Shown here in pieces: positions 22,270 through 33,000 of a stretch of DNA of 64,000 nt. Source of the stretch: Dehalococcoidia bacterium. GTDB taxonomy: Bacteria > Chloroflexota > Dehalococcoidia > UBA2979. The position numbers were made by a program, and so were the translations under genes. Each line of letters begins with the position of its first letter. The first letter of the stretch is position 1. The DNA lies in NCBI GenBank assembly GCA_965219085.1, contig OZ244720.1, positions 288,001 through 352,000 on the forward strand, in the 5' to 3' direction. The notes under the pieces were generated by a model. The model saw only the letters and a program-made list of their open reading frames with translations. It searched no databases and was not told the origin of the DNA.

Positions 22270-25200
22270 TCAGCTCGATGCCCGCGTGATCGCGATGGTG
22301 TAGGCCTGCGTCGTGACGCCGTCGGCGGCGGTGACGGTGACGGTGATCGTGGTCGTCGAACCCGCTGTCAGATTCACCTGGTGGCCGTCGCTCGAGCTGC
22401 CGGCGTCGGTGGGCGAGATCACCACCGTCGCCTGGGTGTTGGTCGCGCCCGTCGTGACCGTGGTCGAGGCCACGTCGTTGTCGACCGAGAGCGTGTAGCT
22501 GACCGTGTCACGGTCGAATTCGAGGTCGATCCCGCTGAGCTCGAGACTGAGAAGTTTCGCGTTGGTCTTCCAGGGGGAGTCGAACGCCGGCGTGTCGATC
22601 TCGGCGCCGTCGTAGCCCCAGCACGTAATCGTGCTGTCGGTCCGCAAGGCGCAGGCATGGGGATACCAGTCGATCGAGACGGTCTCGAAATCCGTCGCGG
22701 TCAGCCCGCTCAAACTCGTCAGGAGCGTGCCGGGGCCGCCGCCGTGGCGCGTCCAACACTTGATTTGGCCCGTCTCTGTGACGCCGCAGGTTCGCGTGTA
22801 GTGCACCTGAAGGTGCTGGAACTTGTCAGTGGGGGCTGCTTGCTCGTCCTCCGTGTAACTGGTGTTCTCGGCGGAATCTTGCCCCGTCGTCGCGGCGAAC
22901 TTGTTCTGCAGCGAGTGATCTCCGTATCGCCAACACAACACGGTGCCATCGACATCCGGGTCTGTGGCATCCGAACGAATCCCGCACACTCGATATCCGC
23001 CGACCTGTAGGAACTTGAACGTGCCCGTTGGCACGGCGCGAGCCCCGTGATTGCTCCAACACACGGCTTCGTCGTCGTTGTCGATGGCGCAGGCGATGTA
23101 GCTGCCGACGCTGATTGAGGTGTAGGTACCTGACGACGGCGGTCCGGCCATGCCGGCCCCGCAATCGACGGTGCCATCGGCGTTCAGCCAGCAGACTCCA
23201 TCGAGGTTGTTGGTGTTGACCTGTTGCTTGGGACCAGAACCATCCGGCTGGTAGTCGCGCTCCCAACAGGTTGCGGAGCCGTCGTCACGGATGGCGCAGG
23301 TGCGGTCGAATCCAGCGATGACCTGGGTGAAGATGCCCTCAGGTGTGTCCGCTTGCCTGGCACACACCCAGCGCCCGTCATACGGACCGCCTTCGCAGCG
23401 CTCCTTCAGATTTTCCATCTCGCCCCAGCACTCCAGCGTGCCGTCCATGCGGAGGGCGCACGCGTGCCGCCAGCCGGCGTCGACCTGCTGGAACCCGCCG
23501 ACCGCCTCGACCACCTGCTTCACGACGACGGGGTTGTCGACCTTGACGATGGTCTTGATGGCGCCAACCAGTTGCTCGCCGTCGGAGTTGACGGAGTCGT
23601 CCGACTGAACCGACTTGGCGGTGCTGTCCGAGTTGTCGGTGGTCAAGGACAGTTCCTTGACGTGCTGGCCGGCCGTCACCGTGAGCGAGAGTTCGTAGGT
23701 GCCGGTCCAGCCGCTCTCCGCGCCGGCGGCGATGTAGTACTCGCCGTCGGTCGATGGGGTGAATGAGGCGACACGGCTGTCCTTTCCGGTGCCGTTCACC
23801 TCGGAATCGCTGCCCGCAATCAGGATGCTGTCGCCGCCGTAGACGCCGAGCAGCTTGGGATCGACCAGCGTGCCCAGGGTGACGAACGCCGGCGCGCCGT
23901 TGACCAGGACCCACTCGCCGCTCGACTTGCCCTTCATGTCGAACTGGTAGGTGACGCCGCCGACCAGCGCGACCTTGTACCAGTCGACGTCGCCTTCGGC
24001 GTCGATTTCGCCGATCACGCTGCCGCCGACTTCGAGCACGCCAGTCGTGCTCGGGTCGTGGGGCAGATCACCGTCGCTGGGCGGAGTCGTGTCGATCACC
24101 CGGACCCCGTACGTGCCGGTCCCGCGACTGCCGGAGGTAAAGTCCTCGCGACTGCGCACCACGACGTAGTAGGTGGAATCCTCGGTCGGCTGGAACTCGT
24201 AACTGCCGGTCCCGTTGCCGCCGTCGCGGTCGTGGGACAGCGCGCTGCCGTCGCTGTCGTAGACCGCCCGCAGGTAGGGCAGGCCGAGCGTGTAGTCGTT
24301 GTCGCCGTCGGCCGAACTGACCAGGTCGAGGTAGTAGGTCTTGCCGTCGCCGCCGGTCAGATCGAGCTGGAACCAGTCGTGCTCCTCCTCGGCCGTCTCA
24401 ATCGAGGCGTCCGTGGTCGTGCCCAGCGTCAGCGTGACCGGCGTCACGTCGGGGAACGTCTCGAACAGCGTTTCCTCCGGCGTCGGCGGCGCCAGCGGCG
24501 GCGGAATCTCGGGCGGCTCCTGGATCGTGAGCGAGAAGCTCCTCGTGCCGTGTCCCGGCTGGCCGCCGATTCGCACGTAGTAGGTCCCGGCTTCCTTCGG
24601 CCTGAAGGTACCGATGTTGGACTTGGCGATGATCGTGCCGTCGGACTTGTAGATCGCCCGTCGGAAGACCTCACTGCTCTTGTTCAGCGCCGTCTCGTAC
24701 TCCGTGCCGGCCTCGAGCTCGACCGAGAACCAGGCGTCGCTGTCGTTCGGCGGGAACTTGACTGTGCCGCGGATCGACTGGCCTTCGGTCGCCGACTTGG
24801 CGGAAATCTCGGCGAAGCTGTCCGCGTCGAGCGCCTCAACCTCCGTCACGGAGACCTCGTACGGGCCGATCATGCGGACGTCATCGCCGCAGCATGCGTT
24901 GTGGCCGAGGTCGATGTAGTAATCGCCCGTGCGCGTCGGCGTGAAGACGATCTCCATCGTGCGGTGACGCCAATAGTCGCCGTCCCAGCGGGTGCCGGGC
25001 AGCGGCTTGGACTCGTCACCGAAGCGAATCCCGCCAATCCCAACGACCTCGTCGATAATGTGGTCTCGCCCGAACGTGCCATGAGCGCGCAGCTTGTAGG
25101 ACTTGCCCGCTTCCATGGCGACGACGTACCAGTCGTGGTCGGACGACTTCTCGAAGAAGCCGTTGACCTTGGTGCCGTCGATGCTCAGGCGCGCGGTCGT

Positions 25201-28200
25201 GCTGGTGTTGTTGGGCAGATCGGGTTCCGTCGGGGTGACATCGGTCACCGAGACGCGGTAGTCGCCGAGGAACCGGTTGTACCGAGAGGAAGCGTCCGGA
25301 CTGACCACCAGGTAGTAGGCGCCGCTCTTGGGCGCGCGGTACAACGCGCGGGCGTTGCGGCCGTCACCGGAGTCTTCGTCATCGGCGCTGTTGAAGACGC
25401 TGATCTGGGGGCCCGGCAGGACGATCGTGTAGAGGTTCGGGTCGGGCCAGGGACCGACCTTGGAACCGGGCACGACGGCCGACTCGACGTCGACCTGGTA
25501 GATGCGGCCCGCAGTCAGATCGACGGCGATCCAGTCGGTGTCGCCGCCCTGCCACAGCCGGTCGTGGTTGTACTCGATGTCGTAGTCGTCGCTCCAGCGG
25601 ACCCAGTCGATCCGACCCAGCATCGAACCGCCGACCTCGACCCGACCGTGCTGGCCCGGACCGATGTCCCAGATCGGGTAGGAGCGGCCCTGGTCGTCCC
25701 TTGTGCGGGTCTCGCGGAAGTCATCCTCAACCCGCACGACGGTAAACGTGTATGGCTCGGTTCCCCGCCATCTCTCGTTGTAGTAGGGCGAGGTCGAGAC
25801 GCGGAAGAAGAACAGGCCGCTGCGCCCCGGCGTGAGGATCGCCTCCTGGTATCCGACATCGACATCCTCGCGACTGAGTGAGTGCATCACGTACTCGGCG
25901 CCGTCGGCGTGCTCGTAGTCATGCTGAACCGCCGACGTCTGCCACGTGAGCACATTCCAGATGGTGCTCGGGTTGCGGCTGCGCACCACGACGGCGTACC
26001 GGACGCCCTTCTCCAGCTCGACGCCCACCCAGTCGGTCCCGTAGGCGCCGCCGCCGTATGTCCCGGGGTTGTCGTCGACGGCGTCGTGTCGACCAGTAAT
26101 CGTGTCGCCGACCTGGGCGCGACCCAGGGTCTGGCCGTCATGGCTGAACTCGACGGTGCCGGACTCGGAGATGTTGCCGCTGACCGAGTAGCCGAGCTCG
26201 TAGCTCTGCGTGCCCGAGCCGGCGGGCACGGCGATCCGGATGCGGTAGTCGCCCGCGCGCAAGACGGCGGAACGCGCCTGGCCGTCGCCGTCGTTGGCGC
26301 CGGAGCTGAGCAGCGCGCCGGTCGATGAGTGCAGGTGGATGCCGACGCTCTGCGTGTTGAGCGTCAGGCTCACCTCGCGCACGTCGGTCAGGTTGAACGT
26401 GTAGTAGACCTCTGCCGTGCTCGCGCCGGTCTGCGTGCCCGAGCTGCCGTGCGGGGTGATGTCGCCGATATCGGTCGCGGTGGGCAGATCAATCTCCACA
26501 GCGGTCGAGGCGTCGCTGGCCGTCTCCCCGATCAGGGCGATCACCTGGTAGCCGTACTTGGCGCCGAGCATGACACTGTCATCGGCAAAGCTGACAGCGC
26601 TGTCGGACGTGTTCTCGACCAGAGTCGTGTAGCTGTCGGCCGCGTCGACATCGCGGTCACGGCGCAACACGCGGTAACCCGTGATTACGGCGAGCGAGGG
26701 ACCGTCCCAGGTCAGAGAGACCGCGCCGGCGCCGGCGGCGAGCGTCGCCGCCAGCCCGGTCGGCGCGTCGGCCGGCGTATCGACCTCGATTTCGTCCGAC
26801 TCGGGGCTCAGCCCGCTGCCGTCGAGCGCGCGGATCCAATAGGCGTACTTGCTGGCGTCGTCGACGGTGTTGTCGACAAACGACGTGGCGGTCGAACCGG
26901 TGTCGTTGTTGACGATGACCGTGACGCTCGGGTCAACGTCGCGCTCGCGGCGCAGAATGCGGTAGCCGGTCAGCGAGCTGTCATCCGGGTCGTCCCAGCC
27001 CAGGGTGACCGCGTCCGCGGTCGCCGTGGCGGTCAGCCCGGTCGGCGCATCCGGCGCCGACGGCAGGTCGGCCTCGACGGCGGTCGGTTCACTCGCGAGC
27101 TCTTCGTGCAGGGCCATCACCTGCCAGGCGTACTGGCCGCCCGCGCTCACACCGGTGTCGAGGTAGCTGGTTCCGGAACCGTTGTCGGCCATGATCACGG
27201 CAAACGCGCTGCCGGCGACGGCGCGGTCGCGGCGCGTGATCTTGTAGCCGGTCACGCTCGCGTCGCCTGGATCATCCCAACTCAGCGTCGCCGAGGTCGT
27301 GGTCACGCTGACCGTCAGGCCGGTCGGCGCCGGCGGCGCCCCGACCATGTCGCCCTCGATGGTCGCTGGAACACCCACGATCTCGCCGCGCAGGGCGATG
27401 ACTTGCCAGGCGTACTTGCCGCCGGTACTCAAGCCGCTGTCTTCGTAGCTCGTGCCTGTCCCGTTGTCGGCGACGATCTGCACGAACTCGCTGTTTTCGA
27501 TATCGCGGTCGCGGCGCGTAATCCGGTAGCCGGTGATGCTCGCGTCGCCCGGATCATCCCAACTCAGCGTCGCCGAAGTCTTGGTCACGCTGACCGATAG
27601 TCCGGTCGGCGCCGGCGGCGGTGGCGGGACGGCCTGCGTATCGGCCCTGACGTAGGTCGACTGCGGGCTCGGGCCGTGGGCGTTGATCGCCTTGACCCGG
27701 TAGACGTAGCGAGTCGAGGCTTCGACCGTCGTGTCCGTGAACCTGACCGCGGCGCTGCCCGTGTCCTCGACGATGATGTCGAAGCGTCCGACCTCGTACA
27801 CATCCCGCAGCCGGCGCAAAATCTGATGCCCGGTCACGCTTGAGTCCAGGACACGGTTCCAGCGCAGCTCGACCGCGTCGTGGCTGACCGACACCACCCG
27901 AATGCCCATTGGCTTCGCCGGCGGCTCACTGACCGTCTCCGGATCGCCCGGCGAAGACACTTCCCCTGGCGTATACAACGTCACTGTGCCACCCACCGCG
28001 ACGGACTCGGCCGCGCTCTCCACCCAGCTCAAACTCAGCGCGACCGTGTCGTCCTCGGCCCACACCTGCGTGGTCGCCCAGACGTAGGAGGTAATTCTGG
28101 TGCTCTTCACCTCACTCGCATCGGCGGAGGCGAACTCGGTCCCGTCCACCGTCAGGACGAAGTCGTCGCTCGGCTCCGGCTTCAGGTTGAAGGCCAGAAA

Positions 28201-28539
28201 GCCGTTCGACAGCAGCATCGCCACGACCTCGATCGACTGGTCATCCTCGTTGAACGTGTTCTCGCTGAGCGTGCCCATCCCGCCCTGGAAGATGCTGTAG
28301 CCGTGGGTCGTCTGGCTGCCCGTGCCGTGCACGCCCACGGTCAGGGTCGCGGTCCAGGCCGCCGAGCTTTCGCTCTCGACCGCGTCCACGCCTTGTTCGC
28401 CCGAGGCCGGCAGCACGCCCGAGAGCGCACAGGCGAAGATGAGCGCAATCAGCGTCGCTGAGACGGCGACTGCGCGCAGGGCCGACCTCCCGCCCTTCTT
28501 CCAAATCGATCCTGTGGCGGGACGCTGGATAGCGGTCAT
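22270..28539 (-). CDS. Giant secreted protein B (2089 aa): FN3 repeats, PPC-like repeats, RCC1/BLIP-II-like propeller, cadherin-like beta-sandwich
   Basis: RBS GAGGAGG before ATG 28539; signal peptide; APTGL..W..P FN3 repeats; D.DW..V.L..G..Y repeats; AGWRHACALR.DGT..CWG repeats. Lacks the shared C-terminal module. Confidence 0.85.
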   Translation of the reverse strand: MTAIQRPATGSIWKKGGRSALRAVAVSATLIALIFACALSGVLPASGEQGVDAVESESSAAWTATLTVGVHGTGSQTTHGYSIFQGGMGTLSENTFNEDDQSIEVVAMLLSNGFLAFNLKPEPSDDFVLTVDGTEFASADASEVKSTRITSYVWATTQVWAEDDTVALSLSWVESAAESVAVGGTVTLYTPGEVSSPGDPETVSEPPAKPMGIRVVSVSHDAVELRWNRVLDSSVTGHQILRRLRDVYEVGRFDIIVEDTGSAAVRFTDTTVEASTRYVYRVKAINAHGPSPQSTYVRADTQAVPPPPPAPTGLSVSVTKTSATLSWDDPGDASITGYRITRRDRDIENSEFVQIVADNGTGTSYEDSGLSTGGKYAWQVIALRGEIVGVPATIEGDMVGAPPAPTGLTVSVTTTSATLSWDDPGDASVTGYKITRRDRAVAGSAFAVIMADNGSGTSYLDTGVSAGGQYAWQVMALHEELASEPTAVEADLPSAPDAPTGLTATATADAVTLGWDDPDDSSLTGYRILRRERDVDPSVTVIVNNDTGSTATSFVDNTVDDASKYAYWIRALDGSGLSPESDEIEVDTPADAPTGLAATLAAGAGAVSLTWDGPSLAVITGYRVLRRDRDVDAADSYTTLVENTSDSAVSFADDSVMLGAKYGYQVIALIGETASDASTAVEIDLPTATDIGDITPHGSSGTQTGASTAEVYYTFNLTDVREVSLTLNTQSVGIHLHSSTGALLSSGANDGDGQARSAVLRAGDYRIRIAVPAGSGTQSYELGYSVSGNISESGTVEFSHDGQTLGRAQVGDTITGRHDAVDDNPGTYGGGAYGTDWVGVELEKGVRYAVVVRSRNPSTIWNVLTWQTSAVQHDYEHADGAEYVMHSLSREDVDVGYQEAILTPGRSGLFFFRVSTSPYYNERWRGTEPYTFTVVRVEDDFRETRTRDDQGRSYPIWDIGPGQHGRVEVGGSMLGRIDWVRWSDDYDIEYNHDRLWQGGDTDWIAVDLTAGRIYQVDVESAVVPGSKVGPWPDPNLYTIVLPGPQISVFNSADDEDSGDGRNARALYRAPKSGAYYLVVSPDASSRYNRFLGDYRVSVTDVTPTEPDLPNNTSTTARLSIDGTKVNGFFEKSSDHDWYVVAMEAGKSYKLRAHGTFGRDHIIDEVVGIGGIRFGDESKPLPGTRWDGDYWRHRTMEIVFTPTRTGDYYIDLGHNACCGDDVRMIGPYEVSVTEVEALDADSFAEISAKSATEGQSIRGTVKFPPNDSDAWFSVELEAGTEYETALNKSSEVFRRAIYKSDGTIIAKSNIGTFRPKEAGTYYVRIGGQPGHGTRSFSLTIQEPPEIPPPLAPPTPEETLFETFPDVTPVTLTLGTTTDASIETAEEEHDWFQLDLTGGDGKTYYLDLVSSADGDNDYTLGLPYLRAVYDSDGSALSHDRDGGNGTGSYEFQPTEDSTYYVVVRSREDFTSGSRGTGTYGVRVIDTTPPSDGDLPHDPSTTGVLEVGGSVIGEIDAEGDVDWYKVALVGGVTYQFDMKGKSSGEWVLVNGAPAFVTLGTLVDPKLLGVYGGDSILIAGSDSEVNGTGKDSRVASFTPSTDGEYYIAAGAESGWTGTYELSLTVTAGQHVKELSLTTDNSDSTAKSVQSDDSVNSDGEQLVGAIKTIVKVDNPVVVKQVVEAVGGFQQVDAGWRHACALRMDGTLECWGEMENLKERCEGGPYDGRWVCARQADTPEGIFTQVIAGFDRTCAIRDDGSATCWERDYQPDGSGPKQQVNTNNLDGVCWLNADGTVDCGAGMAGPPSSGTYTSISVGSYIACAIDNDDEAVCWSNHGARAVPTGTFKFLQVGGYRVCGIRSDATDPDVDGTVLCWRYGDHSLQNKFAATTGQDSAENTSYTEDEQAAPTDKFQHLQVHYTRTCGVTETGQIKCWTRHGGGPGTLLTSLSGLTATDFETVSIDWYPHACALRTDSTITCWGYDGAEIDTPAFDSPWKTNAKLLSLELSGIDLEFDRDTVSYTLSVDNDVASTTVTTGATNTQATVVISPTDAGSSSDGHQVNLTAGSTTTITVTVTAADGVTTQAYTIAITRASS

Positions 28540-28592
28540 CCTGCCCTCCTCGATATCAATCGCGCGCGTGAGGCTCGGTCGGTCACGCATCG

Positions 28593-28815
28593 TCAGCTCG
28601 CTGCCTGCGTGATCGCGATGGTGTAGGTTTGCGCCGTGACGCCGTCGGCTGCGGTGACCGTGAGGGTGATCGTGTTCGACCCGTCGACAGGTTCACCTGG
28701 TGGCCATCGGTCGAGCTGTCGGCTCGGTGGGCGAGATCACGACGGTCGCCTGGGTGTTGGTCGCGCCCGCTGTGATCGTGGTCGAGGCCACGTCGTTGTC
28801 GACCGAGAGGGTGTA
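28593..28815 (-). pseudogene. Orphan degraded 3' end paralogous to 22270-22500
   Basis: Plus-strand gcgtgatcgcgatggtgtagg...gtcgaggccacgtcgttgtcgaccgagag is shared with the end of gene B. Confidence 0.7.
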
Positions 28816-28950
28816 GTTGGCCGTATCGCGATCGCCTCATGGGCCAGGAACTGGTCTGTCACGCGCAACGGGGTGCTTTCCCATTCCGGTCTGGAGGTGG
28901 CGGGGCCCACCCCAGCGCAATCTAGCCCGTGATTCGGGTCACATCCTGAC

Positions 28951-29070
28951 GCTCTCCCGACATTCTCGTAAGTGCCGAGCGGCACAATCGGCGAGTCACT
29001 TTGTTTGCCCGGAGCGAGAGCGTTTCTGAAACTGAGGCAGGTACTGCTGCTATGGCTTCCAGGTCGCGCG
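28951..29070 (-). promoter_or_regulatory. Conserved leader element, copy 2
   Basis: CTCCCGACATTCTCGTAAGTGCCGAGCGGCACAATCGG...TTTGTTTGCC. Confidence 0.6.
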
Positions 29071-29153
29071 CACAGAACACGCCGCACGGAAGACAAATGC
29101 CTCCCGTAGCAACGGGCCAACTCAAGCCAGCGTAACCACCTGGCTATGAACCT

Positions 29154-29347
29154 TCAGTAGAAATCGGCCCACTTCGATGGCAAATTCGGTGACGATTCTC
29201 AAGAAAGAGCTACGGAAGTAACAAGACCATTTGCGTGAGTTTCTGCCTTTTTCTATGAGGCTACGTGAGGGTTTACTTCATTCCGGGTATGGGCCTGCTC
29301 GCGGACCAGGTGGCGACGCCGTCGGGGAAGCCGTCCAGCGTGCCACC
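29154..29347. repeat. ~190-bp lower-GC non-coding repeat (second copy at 57759-57949)
   Basis: tcagtagaaatcggcccacttcgatggcaa...ttctcaagaaagagctacgg...tgaggctacgtgaggg...cgccgtcggggaagccgtcca is present in both copies. Confidence 0.8.
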
Positions 29348-29410
29348 CTGACTCGCTGCCGGGGCTGCGCGGCCTTGAACGCAAGAGGCCCACGCATATG
29401 GACCGGGGGA

Positions 29411-29442
29411 GGAGGCCACCGCAACCAGGTGCGGTGGCCTCC
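29411..29442 (-). terminator. GC-rich hairpin after the helicase stub (homolog at 50202-50234)
   Basis: GGAGGCCACCGCA/TGCGGTGGCCTCC stem; the homolog carries a compensatory C-G to T-A change. Confidence 0.5.
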
Positions 29443-29459
29443 CCCTTGGCTCCCGGCCT

Positions 29460-30022
29460 GGCGTCCCGCGGCGGCCGGCTCCGCCTCCCGCTTCCGTTCC
29501 AGCGCCCACTCGAAGCGGGAGATGGACGCGGGCGCGGGCCTGCGGCTGCGGCGCTTCGGCTCGGCCGGCTCCCCGGCCATGAACTCCGCCCAGGAGAACA
29601 GCGAGCGTTGCCGCTCCGGGGTTTCGTCGTCTTCGACGTTGCCAACAGCAAAGGCGGCGCGGCCGTTGCCGTCGGCGTGAACCTCAACCGCGACCGGCTC
29701 GGGTTCGGCCCACGCCGCGCCGACCAGCAGCGCCTCGGCGTCGGCCGCGACCCTGCGCCTGGGCGATGATCGACTCGACCGAGCCGGCGTCCTCCTCGCC
29801 GGCGACGATCTTTCTCGCCAAGGCGAGCATCAGGTCGTCGCCGTCGTCGCCGTCGGCTGCGAGCCCTACCTCGGGCGGCTCGCCCTCCACCGCCAGCGAC
29901 GATTGGAGCTTCTTCGCCACCAGTTGGAGGGTGTTCCGGTAGGCCATGAAGACGACCTGCACGGGCTGGGTCTGGCCGATGCGCCAGGACCTGCGTGAGG
30001 CCTGCCCGCATCGTGTAGACGC
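29460..30022 (-). pseudogene. Helicase C-terminal stub (copy 3, longest)
   Basis: VYTMR-QASRRSWRIGQTQPVQVVFMAYRNTLQ through SRFEWALE, with frameshifts; includes a motif VI-like QxxRRSWRIGQ. Confidence 0.7.
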
Positions 30023-30060
30023 AGCCGGTGTCGAATCAGACAGGCGCAGACAGGGAGAGG

Positions 30061-33000
30061 TCAGTTGGCTTCCGGAGGCCCCTCGCTCTTGGTGACCAGT
30101 GGCGTGAGAGCCGGCAGCCCGTGGGGGAACACTGCGGCGAAGTCCTCGTTCACGGACTCCGGAGCCCCGAGGATGTAGGAGACGTAGACGCCCTCGTGCA
30201 GCACGTAGAAGGCCGTGACGCCTAGGCCCTGCGCGCAGGCCACGAGCTCAGCGACGCTGCCGCCCTCGGAGACGACGAGGCTGAAGCCCTCGGAGATCTC
30301 TCCGCGCAGGCACTCAGGCCCCGGCAGCAGGGCGCCGTCGCCGAGGTTCGGGTCGGCTGAAGGCGGTCCCTTGCTCTGGACCGTCAGCGGCGTGAACGGC
30401 GGAACACCATTGGCGAATAGCTCGGCGAAGCCCTCGTTCACGAACTCCGGCGCACCGAGGATGTAGGAGACGTAGACACCCTCGTGTAGCGCGTAGAGGG
30501 TCACGACATCCCGGCTCTCCGCGCAGCCCACGAGGTCCTCGACGCTGCCGCCCTCGTAGACGACGAGGCTGAAGCCCTCGGAGATGTCGCCGCGCAGGCA
30601 GTGCGTCCAGGGCTCGGGCGTCGATTCCTGTCCGGCCTCGCCGAAGGTCACGCGGTAGGTCTTCTCGCGACTGCCGTCCGCCGAGCTGACGGTGATGGTG
30701 ATCTCGCCTACACCATCCAGCGCGACCTGGTGCCCGTTCGCATCGTCGCCGTCGGCGTCGGGCGGGTCGATCACGACGCCGGCGCCGGACTGGGCCGCCG
30801 CGGCCTCGACCGTCGTCTCCGCCACGCCCTCGGCGGCGACCCCCGTGTATTCAGTCTCTCGAGATGAGAACTCGCCGATGTCGACGCCGCTCATCGTCAG
30901 CGAGGCGAGGCGGGCGTCGATCGCGTCGGGCATGTTGTAGCTGTAGACCTTGCCGTCGCTGGCGTCGGCGACGTACATCACGTCGCCGTCGGACCAGAGG
31001 CCGCGCGGGCTGTTGTTGCTCGCCTTGCTCAGTATGGTGTTGGGGAACTCCTCGTCACGGACGCGCTCGAGTTCCTTGTCGCCCTCGCCCTCCTCGTCCG
31101 CGTCCGGCTCCCCGGACAGCACGGGCAACCGGTAGGCGAAGAGCCGCTTGGCGCCGTGGTCGGAGACCCAGACCGTGACGCCGTCGGACCAGATGCCGCG
31201 CGGGTCGTCGTTGGCTGCGTCGAGGGCGCACTCGGCGAGCAGCTCGCCGCTCTCCAGGTCGTAGCCGAAGAGGCTGTCCTTGCCGCCATCCAGCACCCAC
31301 ATCGTCGTCTCGTCGGACCAGATGCCGCGGGCGTCGCGGTTGCGCTCGGCGAGCGCGATATCGCCCTCCGGGAGGCGCTCGCCGCTCTCGAGGTCGTGGG
31401 CGAAGAGCTTGTTCTGGCCGCTGTCGGAGACCCAGATCGTCTCCTCGTCAGACCAGACGCCGCGGGGGGCGCGGTTCTTCTCGTCAAGCTCGACCTCGCG
31501 CTCCTCGACGCGCTCGCCGCTCTCGAGGTCATAGGCGTAGACGGCGTCGTCGGCGCCGTCGCCGTTCTCGAGGAGCCAGAGGATGGAACCATTGGACCAG
31601 GCGCCGGTGGGCGAGTCGTGGCTCGAGTCGAGCGCTTCGATGTCGCGCTTGACGTTCCACTCGAACTCGACCTCGCTTGCTGTCGGACCGGACGGACCTC
31701 CACCGCCGCCACCGCCACCGACGAAGCCGCCGGTCGTAGGAGCAGCGGTCACCGTGATCGTCACCTCGATGGTGGCGTCAACCTCGACGTCGGTGGACTG
31801 GTAGTCAGGGCCGAAGCCGTCGTGGACGCGTACCTGCACCGAGTACGAGTTCGTCCCGTCAGGGTCATAATCCAGGACGGCCCTGCTCAGGATCTGGCCC
31901 GTGGCCGGGTCGATGTCGAAGAGCACGGCGTCCGTCCCGCTGAGTGAGTAGGTGAGGACGTCGCCCGTGTCCTCGTCGGTCGCCCGCACGGGTGCGCCGA
32001 CGCGCCGGCCCGCAGCCGTCCCCTGGCCGACCGAGCGCTCGGGCGCGGTCTCCGCAAACGCGGGGACGGTGTTGGAGATGGGTCTGTCGGCCGAATCTTC
32101 AATCCGCCCCGTCAGCGCGGCGGAGGCCTCCTTGCCGCTGCCCCGGCGGTCCTCGTACGTGACGTAAAGCCGCAGGTACTGCCCCACGTCGTCAGCCCCC
32201 GCCAAATAGCTGTTTGAAACGGCGCCGGAGATCTCTTCCCAGCTCGATCGGTTGGAGGACCGCTGCCACTGCCACTGCCACGTACCGGTGATGATTCCGC
32301 CGTCGTCGTCATACAGCTCATCCCGGAAAGGCGTGCCGTCCCAGCCGCGGAGCGGGTTTATTGTGATTGTCCCCACTTCCTCAGCGTCCGTCACCGTCAC
32401 CGTCACGGACAGCGTCCTTGACAGGGGTGTTGTGGCGTCGTCGGTGGCGGTGATGGTAACTGTGTAGTTGGTCTGAGTTTCGTAGTCAGGCGGCGAGCGG
32501 AAGTACAGGTCGCCCCCATCCGAGATCCAGAAGTCGTTGCCGCTGACCGACCACGTGACCGTGTCGCGCTCCGGGTCGGCCGCCGTGTAGCTCGCCACCG
32601 CCTTGCTGCCGTTCTCCACGAAGGAGGGGGTCGCGTTGCCCGTGACCACCGGCGCCTCGTTGACGTTGGTCACGGTGATAGTCACGTTCTGCCGGTCGTC
32701 GATGGCGTCCATGTCGTCGTCGCCGTTCTGGTCTGTGCCGTCGGTGACTTCCACGGTGACGCGATACGTACGCTTGCCCTCGTAGTCCAGTTGCGCACCC
32801 GCCGCCACGCTGATCTGCCCGCTGCCGCTGTCGATATCGAACGAAGCCGCGTCCGTCCCGCTGAGCGAGTAGACGAGCGGGTCGTTGACCGCGGCGTCGC
32901 CGGCGTTCAGGTCGGTCGCCTCCACGGGCGCCCCGACTGCCGTGCCGTCCGCGGCGTTCTCCTCCACCTCGCGCTGCCCGTCCTCCGCCGCCGGGAACAC

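Noticed and set aside
31690-31720. GGC/GGT repeat tracts as contingency loci
   Set aside because: They encode in-frame poly-Gly linkers with mixed codons and are present in all four module-bearing genes.
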